From positions 8,432,001 to 8,496,000 of the forward strand of contig NC_092674.1 of assembly GCF_964355755.1 (NCBI RefSeq): DNA of 64,000 nucleotides. Reading direction: 5' to 3'. Positions 1 to 13,197 of the stretch are shown here, piece by piece. Position numbers and translations under genes: made by a program. Each line of letters begins with the position of its first letter. The first letter of the stretch is position 1. Under the pieces are notes generated by a model. That model was not told the origin of the DNA. It ran no database searches and was given only the letters and a program-made list of their open reading frames with translations. The DNA comes from Antedon mediterranea (lineage: Eukaryota; Animalia; Echinodermata).

Positions 1-1085
1 AATCGTATTCTGAAACCATGGTAAAACGTATTCCTAGTATTTCAATGTTAGAATACTAAATCTAGATGTACTGTACTTTTTTGGTTTTGGATTGAATTGA
101 GAAACAGCGGTATCGGAACGTTATTTATAAATTTTGTAATTAGTAATATTCGTCGATGATTTAATAGGCCTACTTGTGTTGCACTCGTTCATCTTTTGAA
201 ATCTAGGCCACCATTTTGTTTATTACCCGACTGCCATAAGGCTGCAGCAAATGCATTTGTAGTATTAGTATGATAATTAGGCCTATATTGCTGGTATGTT
301 TGTATGGATGAAGCGCTTATAACAGTGTGTGTTACAGGTCATACAATCCTCTTAAAACTCATATCTAAAACAGATATAACCGTCTCAGGACAACGTTAGT
401 AAATCACGCAAAATGATGCTCAATAATTAGGAAAATTTCTTGGTGTTGCTTTTGTCCACTGCCGACGTGTGTGAAACTCCCGCGTTTCAATATGTGCAAG
501 CATTACGGTAATTTCAGGGCCACCCGCCTGACCCGACAGACGTACTAGGGCCTACATTGTTCAGAATGATTTTTGTTTAGACTATTTAGAGATATCACAT
601 ATAAGATAAGGAAAATAAAATATATATATGTAAATGTATCATAAAATTACAATTTTTGTATAGCTCAATGTACTGTTTTTGTAAGGTGCCACACATATAT
701 AGAGACCTTAAAAATGTCAAACCGACGCTTTCACGGGCGCCTTAAGACCTCCGATTCCATATCTCAAATTCGCCCCCTTTGTATCAAAATTTATATACAA
801 TATTGTTTATGGCATGGCTATGTTATATGAAAGTGAACTAATAAACTCATTGGGTTTGTTTATCTTGTTAATTTCTCTCGGTGACGTCAATCGTTCTTAA
901 AGGCTTCAAATGGGTATTCTTGTATAACGCAAACAAAATTCTTTCTTCGTTTTCTTTATAAAAAAAAGTAATCACTTATATATACGTGTAGCTTTACTTA
1001 ATAGAAATATTATAAACCTAAATACCTATTGTTTATATTCCACACGATCGGGTGTAGGCCTACGTCCGAACTGTCGAACCGAACC

Positions 1086-1240
1086 ATACCATGAAAGCCC
1101 AGTGGTCTAATAGTATGGTCCAATATCATTATCAACAAAGATTCCAGGTTCAAATCTTGGTTCTAACATAATAATAATAATAAATTAAATTTATAAACAT
1201 TTTCACCGTTGTTTAACCTTAATTTCCAGTATACCACCGG
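1086..1240 (+). mobile_element. Degenerate copy of the tRNA-derived repeat at 27835-28026
   Basis: ATACCATGAAAGCCCAGTGGTCTAAT...GGTTCAAATC...AATTTCCAGTATACCACCGG shared with the 27.8-kb copy. Confidence 0.6.
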
Positions 1241-1749
1241 GCGTGATTCTGTTGTGTATTGAAAGTTGATGACCCGAGTGTTTACTGTATTGTTCTATAC
1301 TGTATTTGATTAAGATTGTACTGACAACGACTAAACGGCGTGTCGGTTACAAGGAATACGTTACGTAAGCGATACGTTTGTCGGCTGTGAAATCTGAAAT
1401 AGATTTTAATATTGATTGGGTTTAGGCTGTGTGATACAATTTTACCTTTAAATTTAAGTCACGGTTGACACACTACCACACGGGTTCACATTGACGTGTT
1501 GTGTTGTTGTTTGTATTTTATTTATATTCGACCTTCGTATTTTCCATTTCAAATAATTTTTCCATGACGATTATTATAAATTTTCCAATTTTTCCAAATA
1601 AAGAAGCTTTATCTATAATTATGAAGCGAGTCTAGTTTGAACGATTTTAAATCGGAGAGATTAAACGATACGCCGTTATTTTAAAATCGTTTGCAGACCT
1701 GGAATTTGATAGTTGTTTTTAAATTTATTTTCTTTATACTATGGTCGGT

Positions 1750-1962
1750 GTGGGTAAGAGTGGATGCCCCACTAATTAGTCATTTTATGAAATATGTCTA
1801 ATTATGCCAAATTTTAACCACTTACAGTATACCTATTACACAGTCGCTGAGGAGGAGTGGGTAAGGGTGGATGCCCCACTAATTAGTCATTTTATGAAAT
1901 ATGACTAATTATGCCAAATTTTAACCACTTACGGTACCTATTACACAGTCGCTGAGGAGGAG
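1750..1962. repeat. Tandem duplication, ~107 bp x2
   Basis: GTGGGTAAG.GTGGATGCCCC...CAGTCGCTGAGGAGGAG repeated head-to-tail. Confidence 0.93.
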
Positions 1963-3176
1963 ACTTATAACAAATTGAAATGTATCGCGGCGCACGACAG
2001 CTTGGGGACAAATCCAGAGACCATAAGCATGATTATGATCAACTATTATCATGGTTTAGTATGTAGCTTTCAATTCAATTGCGGTATACACATACAATTG
2101 TTGATGAATGCACCAATTTAGTTGCTTTTCACTTAACATTTACCGTTTCAAGTGAAATACTGAAATACCGTCGTCTCCAAAAAGAGCACCGCGTATACCA
2201 CCGGGGAGCCGGTACGTGTGCAGCCGCCGGTACAAAATGAGGAAACGAAACATGCGAGACATTAGCGGTAATACGTTTGGCTTATATAATATCATGTTAG
2301 GCCTACATTGTGCTGTGAACTTTTCCAGCAATCGTTCGCAATAATAATATGAAACTCTTTTAGACATTCATAATCATGACGCGTCAGCAAAAAGAGTGGC
2401 AGTTATATTCCCAAATTAGGTACTGATATGACATCATCATATCCATGAGCACATCACATTCTTTTGTCACATAAAGTTTGATAGTGTAGGCTTAGCTTAG
2501 TATCATCATCATCATGTTTTGATGTGTTTTTTGATGTTTTTTTTTAATTTTAAGAGCTTTGTCTTTGTACAAACTACAAATTTTAAATATGTTATATTGA
2601 TGCGGCCTAATACATTCTGTGCAAGCAGCGCATTCAAATCATTCTCATCTTCTTGGTCATCAGTATCACGATGACTGGCGTCTCAATCAATTTCCCGCGT
2701 TCACATTATATAATACAATCCTTTAAACAGTAAGTGTGAAATTCCGATAATTTCAATAGCTCTAGCCCATATTAATACAGTTTTTTCTTGTAATTCACTC
2801 CATAATCACTTGGATCACCGACGACTTTACCAAGCGCCTTGTTTGCTACGTGTGTGACGTCAATGATTTGCATAACTGAAATGAGATATATTTGTTTTAA
2901 CTTGCGATAGTTACGCTAAAATATCTATGAACAGACAAAGGCAATATGTATATTCATTCATTCAATCTTTTATTTCGGAATCTCTGGTCCATAGAAAGTA
3001 AAATTACCGTTCACACTACAAATAGTTTCAACCTTTTGAGAGTTTGTATTTCCATATTTTAAGTTCGGTGCTTTTCCCTTTCAGTACCATACAAAGTCCT
3101 ATATATTTGATGTAGCTTTTTTCTATTGTTTAGAAGCAGAATTTATGTCACATGCTCTTTTCTGCCGCAGGCCTAA

Positions 3177-3366
3177 AGGGTCTTTCACACCTGTTCCAGT
3201 ACGGTTCCGGTCCGGCGACGGCAAATCCAATCGAACGTCAATGTTTTGTTTTACGCGGCTACGCGCATAACAATTGGTGCTTGGCCGCGTGGAGCGTCGT
3301 GAAAACGAAACATTAGCGTTCGATTCGCCGGACCGGAACCGTGCCGGAACAGGTGTGAACGGCCCT
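3177..3366. mobile_element. PIF/Harbinger-type (Tourist-like) MITE, almost wholly palindromic
   Basis: AGGGTCTTTCACACCTGTTCC...GGAACAGGTGTGAACGGCCCT, flanked by TAA on both sides; inverted arms extend far into the interior. Confidence 0.8.
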
Positions 3367-4647
3367 TAACTGTATCTAACAATGTATCTATACACACACC
3401 AACAAAAAATATTGCTTTTATTCTTCCAAAGTGTACGGTAACACTTCAATTGTGTAGTTTTTGTAGGCGACATTCTGTTTACTGATAATTAGTATTCTAG
3501 AAGCGTTCGCTCTCTTGGCGACAATAAATGTATTCATAAAAATGTCGTCGTCATTTCATATATCCACTGTGTCGTTGACGGTATATTGGCGTCTACATCG
3601 TAACCCCAACGGCCTCTTTGTAAGGCCGCCGTTAAAATAACGTACCGGTACCAGCACAGTTAAATAATAATTACCACGGTTTATGGAAACGCGCCTAAAT
3701 GCAATAATGTGACGAAGAATTAAACCGAAACAAAATTGAGAAAATTCTTACTAGATTATTCTATACAGGCCTACAGACAGTATCTTCCTCAGATACATTT
3801 TAAAAACAAAACTCGGAATATTGGCATTAATACATTATTACTACTATAAAGGTAAACAGCATTAAAAGGGTTAAAATATATGTAATTAATTACAGAAGTA
3901 AGCAATATAAAAAATGCGGTATTAAACCCTATGTCATCTTAGGCTCACATAAGAAGCATAGTACTGTTTCGTCAGAAGCTTTTTTTAAAATTAAACCTAC
4001 AGATCCTGGTTGTAATTATAAGTATATATATATATATATATATCCTATAAACTTTATTTACGGGACTGATGTGCAGTACAACTTGTGATATTTAAAAAAA
4101 ACCAACATCATATAAATACGACAATATAAAGATAGAAAAAAATTGAAATTTAAAAGAAAAAAAATTACAGATATTGAGACGAGAATTAAATTGGGAGCTT
4201 TCGATTTGCGGAAATTGGTCGACGCACTTGGGCCTATAATTGGTAATATTGCGTCGAAAAATACAGTGAAAAGGCACGTCCATCCCCGCATGTACACAGT
4301 AAAATAGAATGACGTATTTATTTTCTAGGCCTGCGTCGTCGCAAATTGACAGTTAATAATTGACTATGGTTCACGGGGAATTATGAAGTTTGAAGTATGA
4401 CTACAAAAACAGGAAGCCGACGGGGGGAGGGAAGGCTCAAGAAAGTGTATAGGGAAAGGAGAATAAGAATGTGTGACGATCAGATTGTCATAATAATTTA
4501 GGATGAGACTATATTGACGACGGACAAGTAAGAAGTTAATGACGTTGTTATCTACGTCGGCGACGCAGAGAACGATGGTGATAAGTAAATTGGGGATGAA
4601 TAAGTGTAAATAATTTAAAGATATGAAAAGGACGATGATTCCTCCAT

Positions 4648-4898
4648 GTAGTGGAATTTAGCTTAGTGGTTAATACTTTCCTTCTAATCCCAGTCCACCA
4701 GGGTTCAATCCTGACCTAGTGCATGAGGATTGTAACTCATTACTGTTTCAACTCCACTCCTTAAGCCTCAAATGAGACTTAGTTTATAAGCACGATCAAC
4801 TATAAAATAGTTTATCCATCCTGTAATTGGCGTGTTTCTCACTGTTGGATGCGTATGGAAAAAGTAAATAAATAAATTTAAAAAAAAATAAATAAATA
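4648..4898 (+). mobile_element. tRNA-derived SINE, diverged relative of the 9783 element
   Basis: A box TAGCTTAGTGG, B-box-like GGGTTCAATCC, shared CAACTCCACTCC motif, (TAAA)n/A-rich tail. Confidence 0.6.
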
Positions 4899-5642
4899 GA
4901 TGTGAACGGCGATGATATGATGAAGAGTTTGAGAAACGATGACGTCAGTATCGATGTATGTATGACGATGATGCTGGTTGATGGTCATTTGTTTAGTTAT
5001 AGGATGTGCAATAATGAATACGGTAGCTAGTTAATATAATTCAGCTTGTCTAGTAGTCATGTTCACATCAAATTTCAAATCTTCGGGACACCTCCTATCA
5101 TTTTCTACTTTCCTGTGAATCGGGAACAATCTGTTTTAACAAATCATTGGTCAGTTCCCGAAAGTTTCCCCGTAATAACACTCCAGTGTGAACCAGACTT
5201 AATCTGGCACCGACCGGGTTATCTATTTAGTGCACCCTGTTCTTGTAAGGCCTCTTAATAGTTAACTTTACAAGTGCATTTATTGATGTTACTCAGTTTA
5301 TTTTATCGTTTCATTTGAAAATATCAAATAAAGTGCAGCAGGAATATACTTGCCATATATTTTTATTCATAGCGTTATGACATGACCACCCGTTCCAATT
5401 GAACTTTGGTTTAATCTTTTTGTATTGAATTTTCATTTGAAATTATTAATTAATAATCACATGAACATAATTAATCATGTGAACTGAATATAATAATTGC
5501 GTAGGCTTTAATTAATAAAACGCGTGTTGTTTAAAGCAATAGGCCTCCGCCTAGCATCAGTTTATTATGTAAAAATTTAATAAAATCAACATTTGTTCAT
5601 AACATAACCCGTTGATAGTGTCTTCTTTCCGCTGTATACAAG

Positions 5643-5732
5643 TATGGCAAGCCAAGTACGCCAAAAGTCCGCAATTCACACTATTCAATAACAATGCATT
5701 CATCATCAACCCAAACCATTAAAATTGCCATA
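5643..5732. mobile_element. Very small IS3EU-like MITE (TATGGCAA...TTGCCATA)
   Basis: 8-bp terminal inverted repeats; flanks TACAAG/TACAAT (5 of 6 match as a TSD); interior shared with the copy at 16934-17010. Confidence 0.65.
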
Positions 5733-6439
5733 TACAATGTCAATATATTAATATGTATGTATTTGTATCTTTATTTTAATTACTAAACCAATAATATTCA
5801 AATGTAGTGCTAGACAATCCACCGTCCTTTATTATTATTTTTACAGTAACACTGAATCTTCACTGTATTATTGTTAATTTCAAATTGAGTAACATATATT
5901 TGGAAATATCAAAAAATGTTTTAAAAATTGGCGGCTGTTTGAAAAAAACACACGAACCTTTTGGCCTATAAACCGGTGAACATTATTTTTGTTTCTTGCA
6001 GTAATTTGTCTAATTAATAGAGTAGAAGTAACAATTATCTCAAGTACGGAGTTCTGCATTATTGTCATCATCCTATGCATATAAAGGTAAGGTTCGAGTC
6101 ACACTCAAAGGTAACATGTTTATAATGGTGTTTGTTTAATTTGTTCACGTAAATTTCGGTTATCAATGTTTTAGCGCTTGCGAAATTGATCACAACAATA
6201 CTTCTGACACTGATGCACGAATTATAGTGTAAAATAAATCTATCATTGAGGCCCAAACGTATATTGATAACTTGTTGTAATAACGAAAAAACCGAAATGG
6301 TGGGCCTATAAGTACATTTGTTTACGTAAATAGCACAGTATAACCACCAGTTTCAGCGCATGCGCATATAATAGTCAGACGGACTTTACTGTAAAGTATG
6401 CTGTGAACGTCGATCCTTGAGGCCATGATATTCATGATA

Positions 6440-6785
6440 ACGACATGTTAAAGCAATACCATGCGCGTTTGCGTTGAGTGCCACATCCTTATCTAAGATT
6501 CGCTTATGAGAAGACGACCGGATATTGTTGTCCCCACGTCTCACACACAAGACCCTATCGATGCTGTCATATTACCACGAGCCTTTCCACACATGCACAG
6601 CGTAATATACGACATGTTAAAGCAAAACCGTGCGCGTTTGCGTTGAGTGCAACCTCATCCTTATCTTGGATTCGCTTATGAAGGTGACAGGATATTGGGA
6701 TATTGTTGGTTCTACGTCTCACACGCAAGACCGTATCGATGCTGTATCGCCACGAGCCTTTCCACACATGCGCAATGTAATATTA
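6440..6785. repeat. Tandem duplication, ~170 bp x2
   Basis: ACGACATGTTAAAGCAA...CCACGAGCCTTTCCACACATGC starts at 6440 and 6609. Confidence 0.9.
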
Positions 6786-7323
6786 TTATCACATCAATTT
6801 ACTTGACATAAACCTATGTATTCACATAAATATAATGTAGATACAATGTGCGATTTATTGCGACTCGTCCGTCCACGTCGAAAGTACCTTTTATTAGTTT
6901 TATAAGGCGCCTGTTTGCAGCTGATTTAACTTTCATATCTAATTATGAAATTTATTTTCCGCGGCTGTTTACGAAGATATTTAAAGTAGTTATGACATGA
7001 TAATGTATTGGGGTTTATTCCAATGACGTCTCAATAACTCATCATAGTTCCCACTAGAGCCATGCGTTTTTATGAGAGATATTTTTGAAGGTGTATATAT
7101 AGGCTGTGTCCAAACGTTCGTTAATAATAGTTATTTTAAATTAGCGAGTTTTCGTTTTGGAATAACTGATACGAAGGAACGGTAATTAAAATAGACCGTG
7201 GGCGCTGAACGCTTAAAAAAAAAAAAAAGTGGTTCATCACATAAGCGTTGTGCATAGTTATGTACTGTACGTCCATGACTTGTGTTACGTCCTCCACCTC
7301 CTCCTCCTCCTCCTAAAAACTAA

Positions 7324-7459
7324 AGCTTGGTTCCCGCTAGGTCGTACGTAACCCAATGACAAGTGACAGTTCGAATAATTCATTGCTTGTGATTGGTCAA
7401 ATTACTTGTTTTGCGCGTACATCCTTGCGTTACCGGTACGTCCTAGTGGGAACCAAGCT
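7324..7459. mobile_element. Harbinger-type MITE family A (TIR AGCTTGGTTCCCACTAG)
   Basis: TIRs AGCTTGGTTCCCGCTAGG / CCTAGTGGGAACCAAGCT; TAA TSD; interior motif GTGATTGGTCAA shared by many copies in the window. Confidence 0.8.
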
Positions 7460-7811
7460 TAATAACGAATATAAGGAGTAGTGTTAGGCCTACTATTGTA
7501 AACATAAACGCACACTGAGCCCGGATTTCGGTCCGATGGCCGTACAAAAAAAATCATGGAAATGGGTGAACCCGTCACAAACGCATTCCGATTTCCGTAC
7601 AACACGAACTGTTGATAAATGTAACGTAGCACATATTTTGTCCGGCCACTGGTGGAATGGGCTCAGTGTTAACGTAGGTTTAAACGAGTTATGCAATTGC
7701 GAGTATAATAGTCCTACCAACCAAATCAATACAACCGTTACAAGAAGTAAAAATAAACAAAATATATTTTTAGTCTTATAGTATTTTTATAACATTTCCA
7801 CTGGACGTTTT

Positions 7812-8350
7812 TATGGCGCGCCAAGCTGTCATTTATTCAAGCAATAGAGATATCTTAGTTTTAAATAGAGATATCTTAGTTTTAAATAGAGATATCTCTA
7901 TTAATAGAGATATCTCTATTAACAGAGATATCTCTATTAAAACTGAGATATCTCTATTAAAACTAAGATATCTCTATTAAAAACTAAGATATCTTAGTTT
8001 TTAATAGAGATATCTCTATTAATAGAGATATCTCTGTTAATAGAGATATCTCTATTAAAAACTAAGATATCTCTATTAAAAACTAAGATATCTCTATTTA
8101 AAACTAAGATATCTTAGTATTAAATAGAGATATCTCTATTAATAGAGATATCTCTATTAATAGAGATATCTCTATTAAAAACTAAGATATCTTAGTTTTA
8201 AATAGAGATATCTTAGTTTTTAATAGAGATATCTTAGTTTTAAATAGAGATATCTCTATTAATAGAGATATCTTAGTTTAAAACTAAGATATCTTAGTTT
8301 AAAACTAAGATATCTTTATTTCCGAATAAATGACAGCTTGGCGCGCCATA
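7812..8350. mobile_element. Non-autonomous DNA transposon, IS3EU-like, with a palindromic internal array
   Basis: Perfect 27-bp TIRs TATGGCGCGCCAAGCTGTCATTTATTC (7812-7838 and 8324-8350). 6-bp TSD CGTTTT at 7806-7811 and 8351-8356. TAY..RTA termini plus a 6-bp TSD fit IS3EU. Interior has 24 AGATATCT-centred units. Confidence 0.85.
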
Positions 8351-8999
8351 CGTTTTCCAGAACAATCATGTCATCAATCAAACTAAAAATAGATTTTAGT
8401 AACTATTACCGTAACTATTATCTATTTTGTTTTTATATCTATGTTTTCTCTATCTTGTTGAAAATCATTGCTATATTTAGGAGAGATATTTTAAATGTTA
8501 TACAAACAAACTGGGTTTGTTTATACTGTAGTAAAAATAGGCCTAATATTAAATCTATATTCAGTGAAGTTGACTATCATTCAAATGTTTTAGAGTCGAA
8601 TTTGCAATTATCATGGCTGTAATACTTCACACCGTAATTTCAACAGTGCGTAGTCTAGTGACGTCACTCGCACGTCGTGGTAAGGTCGGACAAACCGCAA
8701 ATATAGACATCTGCACTTAGATTCACGTCATGTGCGTAATAATTTCCATGGAGATCCGAGATCAATATTAATAATTTATTGAGGATATAAATTGAGAATA
8801 ATCCAAAAATGATATAGGAAGTCTTTATCTTGTAAATTACGTAACGATGGTAACCGATCATGTAATGATTGGAGTTAACAGTTATTTCTGTTTCCGTGGA
8901 TGATAGATATATTACTGCACAATGAGACACCATTTTGAGAAGTTAATTAACATACATTTAGTTAAAAACCGTATGATAGGCCTGCTATTACTATTAGAT

Positions 9000-9613
9000 T
9001 CATTGTCACTCTGTAAAGCTTGGTCCCCACTAAGACGCAATGACGTACGCGCAGCGCACAAACGAGTATTATTATATAACTGTTCGACATTGGTCAACTC
9101 ACTTGCTTTTATGCTTACGTCGTTGTGTAAGACTTGGTTCCCACTAGGATGCAATGTAATGACGTACACGCAACGCACAATCGAGTATTATTATATAACT
9201 GTTCGACATTGGTCAACTCACTTGCTTTTATGCTTACGTCGTTGTGTAAGACTTGGTTCCCACTAGGACGCAATGCAAGGACGTACGCGCATCGCAAAAT
9301 CGTTGCTTTTTATCCTACTGGGAACCAAGCATAAACTCATTGTCACTCTGTAAAGCTTGGTTCCCACTAAGACGCAATGCAAGGACGTCGTAAGCGCAAC
9401 GCACAAGCGAGTATTATCGAACTACCTCAGACATTGGTCAACTCACTTGCGTTTATGCATTGTCACTCTGTAAAGCTTGGTTCCCACTAGGACGCAATGC
9501 AATGACGTAAGCGCAACGCACAAACGAGTATTATTACATAACTGTCCGACATTGGTCAACTCACTTACGTTTATGCTTACGTCATTGCTTTGTATCCTAG
9601 TTGGAACCAAGTT
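9000..9613. mobile_element. Tandem concatemer of MITE family A copies plus their left flank
   Basis: Five left-TIR starts ((AG)CTTGGTTCCCACTA). The flank CATTGTCACTCTGTAA recurs near 9000, 9338 and 9458. Right TIRs near 9315-9330 and 9596-9613. Confidence 0.75.
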
Positions 9614-9782
9614 TAAACGTAGCATGGTATTAATGAAATGCTGTCAATAATTGATATTCATGAATATTAACTTTTTATAAAAGAAATATTAAGAAAATAG
9701 AAACTCAGATATCTGACTTTTCTAGATCTAGAAAACTCAGATATCTGACTTTTCTAGAAAACGGACGGACAAATTGGTTCAT

Positions 9783-10036
9783 GAGTGGAGTTGTGGCTTG
9801 GTGGTTATGATGCTTGGCTACCACTCCAAGGGTCCTGGGTTCAAGTCCCGTCACATGTCAGGATTTTTTCTAAGGACCAAATTACAACTCCACTCCCAAG
9901 GACTTGTAATAAGACTTTGTTTATGTAGAGCATCTTGTGTATATGTTTGTCTTGTGAACCTCTGAGGGTCCCTAATGATCAGCAATTGCTGGATGGATCA
10001 CCCTCATTAAAAATGGTTTAAAAAAAAAAAAAAAAA
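9783..10036 (+). mobile_element. tRNA-derived SINE with A-rich tail
   Basis: A box TGGCTTGGTGG, B box GGTTCAAGTCC, ~250 bp, ends in a poly-A run; related to the 4648 copy. Confidence 0.75.
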
Positions 10037-10454
10037 TTTTTTAAATGTAAGCCAAACATTGAATGTTAACAAATGTCTCATCATGCTATCCAAACTAATA
10101 AATTCCTTCGTGGAATAATACCCTCCGGCCTCCGGACCCAACAATGTGTCTCCTTAATATTATGGGTGTCCCCTGAATAACGATTGGATGTAGTGTTAAC
10201 ACACATATTTCCCCTCGTTCACAGATGTTGAAGTGTCCCTTATAATTAGTATGGGTACCGTACTCCTAAGGAGGTTTGTACTGTAAGTCTAAACCGAAAC
10301 GTTTTGTTTAGATCTGTTTTTTTGTTGTAAATGTTTGTCTGTATGCGAGCGATCAGTATCCATTCTATTACGTGATTGTACATGTTAAAGACGTCGATTC
10401 GAGTATAATCACCATCGCTCATTTCATAGTAACGTGCGAATTAATGCGAACAAT

Positions 10455-10822
10455 CACAAGGCCGATTTTACGTGTTCTTTGCCTGAAACATAATGTTGCT
10501 TTTGTATGAGTGAGTGTTGAGTTAGAATTCATACCATCAACTTTAGGAAATGACAAAAATTATACACATTACTCATGACAAGTCCTATTTTAAGTGTTCT
10601 TCATTTAATTAACAGTGAAAGGGAATAATGGGACAGTGGGAAAATTGAACACGAGTGACACCCACAAGTCCGATTTTACGTGTTCTTCATTTACTTTACA
10701 GTGGAAGGGAATAATGAGACTGGGGAAAATTGAACACGAGTTACATCCACAAGTCCGATTTTACGTGTTCTTCATTTACTTTACAGTGGAAGGGAATTAT
10801 GGGACAGTGGGAAAATTGAACT
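10455..10822. repeat. Tandem repeat of ~85-bp unit (CACAAGTCCGATTTTACGTGTTCTTC...GGAAAATTGAAC), 3 copies plus a partial
   Basis: Visible repeated units near 10577, 10663 and 10749, with a partial at 10456. Confidence 0.88.
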
Positions 10823-13048
10823 CAATGCGATTTGTATTGAGCCAATTAAGTTTGATCCTAAATTAGACCCACAGGCCTACACTTTGAAAAGTAATTTTTT
10901 TTAATGTTGTTTTTTGAAATGTCAGACCGTTATATATCGTGACCAACGAATTATACACATTATAGGATAGCTATACACCCAATTTAATTTAATTAATAAC
11001 ACGAAAGCTTATGTTTACTAACAGAGATAAAGAGAGTACGATTACGGTTAACAAGAAAACATCACATCGAACATCACATGAAATAATATCAACATTAATA
11101 ATTTTTAGAATAAAACAGTCGAACTAACAAGGCTATTCTGTCATGGTTAATTAATTGCTGTTACTTAGAATTCACATTCGTCATACTTACATATTGGCGA
11201 CGATCCCTGATTGGTGGGTATCATCAGGCAATGTGAAATGTAATTTCAATGTTTCCTGGTATCGTGAAAATGAATGGCAATTAAGCGGGAACGACGACAC
11301 TCCCTGGTATGGGATACTTTGTATGTGTATGAGACGCCAAACTGTCATTTATTTGCGGAGATAGAGATGTAAATGTATAAATTAGCATAATCCATCACGT
11401 ATCTTCAGAATATTTTGTACGCCAACATTTCTATTTTTTTAACTGATGCATTATTATAGTGTAATACTTTAAATGCGTTTTAAAAATAACCCATGAGCTT
11501 CTGCAAATCGACATTAATGTATATACACGGTATTAGGCTATAAAGTACCAGGCATTTTAACATAATCGATATAATGATTCAATATTCAGAATATTGTTAC
11601 CGCTGCAATTATTTTTTCATAATTGAGATAACTGGTGACATTATTTGTTATCACATTTATCAGTATAAGTAGCTATTTTTTCTAATACATTCGCATTTCC
11701 GTTTCACGGAACGGAGGACGGCGTCGCAATTCATAGCCTTTGGCATTACAAACGGCACTGTCTTCCGTTCCGTGCAAAACGTAACAAGTTTATGTAGCTT
11801 TACTAAAACACGTTTAATGTAATCATATATCCGCATGCCTTATTTAACTTACCATATTTGCGTTTTTCCTTTTGAGTTTACCCATAAACTGGAGATTATG
11901 ATTATAACGCACTAGAAACTGTTCCTCATTTGCGGGCTATCCTTATAAATTATATTGGTCTCCGGTATACCGGTACACAAATACAAGTAAATCCTGCTAA
12001 ATTGTCGTCAATGTAATGCAATTTCCTTTGTTTAGCAACAGTTATATATTACTCACACAAAAAGACAAAGAACTTACCAAAACATATTTATGCTCCTAGG
12101 CCTAAATGTTTGAAAAGCGGGATTCCGAACGGGTTAAATAAATGGACAAAATTGATGTGTTAGATTTTGAATTGACCTTTGTAAAAAAATGTAATCGGAA
12201 TATGTCTATCTATTACTGTAATCATTTTTACATTAATGTATATCATACACCATCATAATTATAGGTGTAGATTAATTTCCGGGGGTGAGTTCACGTAACG
12301 TATTATCTCGTTCGCGAACGCGTTTGCTCAATAGCGAAATCTGCAGGCTCTGTGTATTGCGTGTCATGCACATGGCATTGATGTTGTATAAGAGCATTGT
12401 GTCACCATTAATGAAAATCAATAAATTGAATGGCGCCGATGAAACAATATTGGCGTCGTTTAACTATAATAATTACTGCGAATTTGATTATCCGCAAATC
12501 GTAAGTATCCATACATACTCCTCGGAAATGCCTTTCAAATGCAGTTTAAACAAATTAAAATTTTCAGACATTTTATCAGGGATTATCTTTGGTTAAGAGT
12601 CATCGAGAAAAGAAATCTAGTTTCCCGCGCACTGTGCAATTTCGAACAAGATAAACCAGGTTGCACTGAGACAATTATTATCGAAAATGTGTTTGGTTCG
12701 TGACTATCAGACACGGTTCGTAATTTCACTGCAGCAGCACCACGTAACGGATTCGTATCACGCTAAGTATATAAAATAACCGGTCATTGTATGCAAAGTT
12801 TTATATCCGTCTGAGAAAAATTGATTTAAAAAATGATTGAAGTTGTTCTGCGAGTTAAATCCATAACTAGTTAATGGCACTTTTATGTTTTGTTAAAATG
12901 AATCTGAATAACTTTTGCGCCTAATTTAAAATGAAGTATTCAAGTCGCTTCATTAATAAAAAAAAATACGTGTATTTACGTGCGTGCATACGTATGGCGT
13001 AAACCTTACCCATGATGATGCATGTTTGATGTATGTTAAACGCGTTAA

Positions 13049-13197
13049 AGCTTCGTCTCCCTTGACGCAACGCGAGAACCTAAGCGTATCGCAATTAATT
13101 TAACAATCATGACGCGATGGATCTTCTGAACTGTCGCTTGTGATTGGTCAACTCACCTGCGATGCGGCTACGTCATTGCGTTGCGTCAAACCAAGCT
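13049..13197. mobile_element. MITE family A, degenerate copy
   Basis: TAA|AGCTT...CCAAGCT|TAA with the family interior (ACTGTCGCTTGTGATTGGTCAACTCAC). Another fragment lies at about 13825-13950. Confidence 0.6.

Noticed and set aside
7843-8320. CRISPR array or restriction-site cassette (many GATATC sites)
   Set aside because: Only four recurring spacer types, and the array is bounded by transposon TIRs and a TSD.
8648-8663. GCGTAGTCTAGTGACG shared with about 62158-62173, possible Helitron 3' end
   Set aside because: Only 16 bp shared and no upstream hairpin evident; insufficient to call.
8912-9625. Cluster of Cys-rich short ORFs
   Set aside because: Translations of the tandem MITE concatemer.
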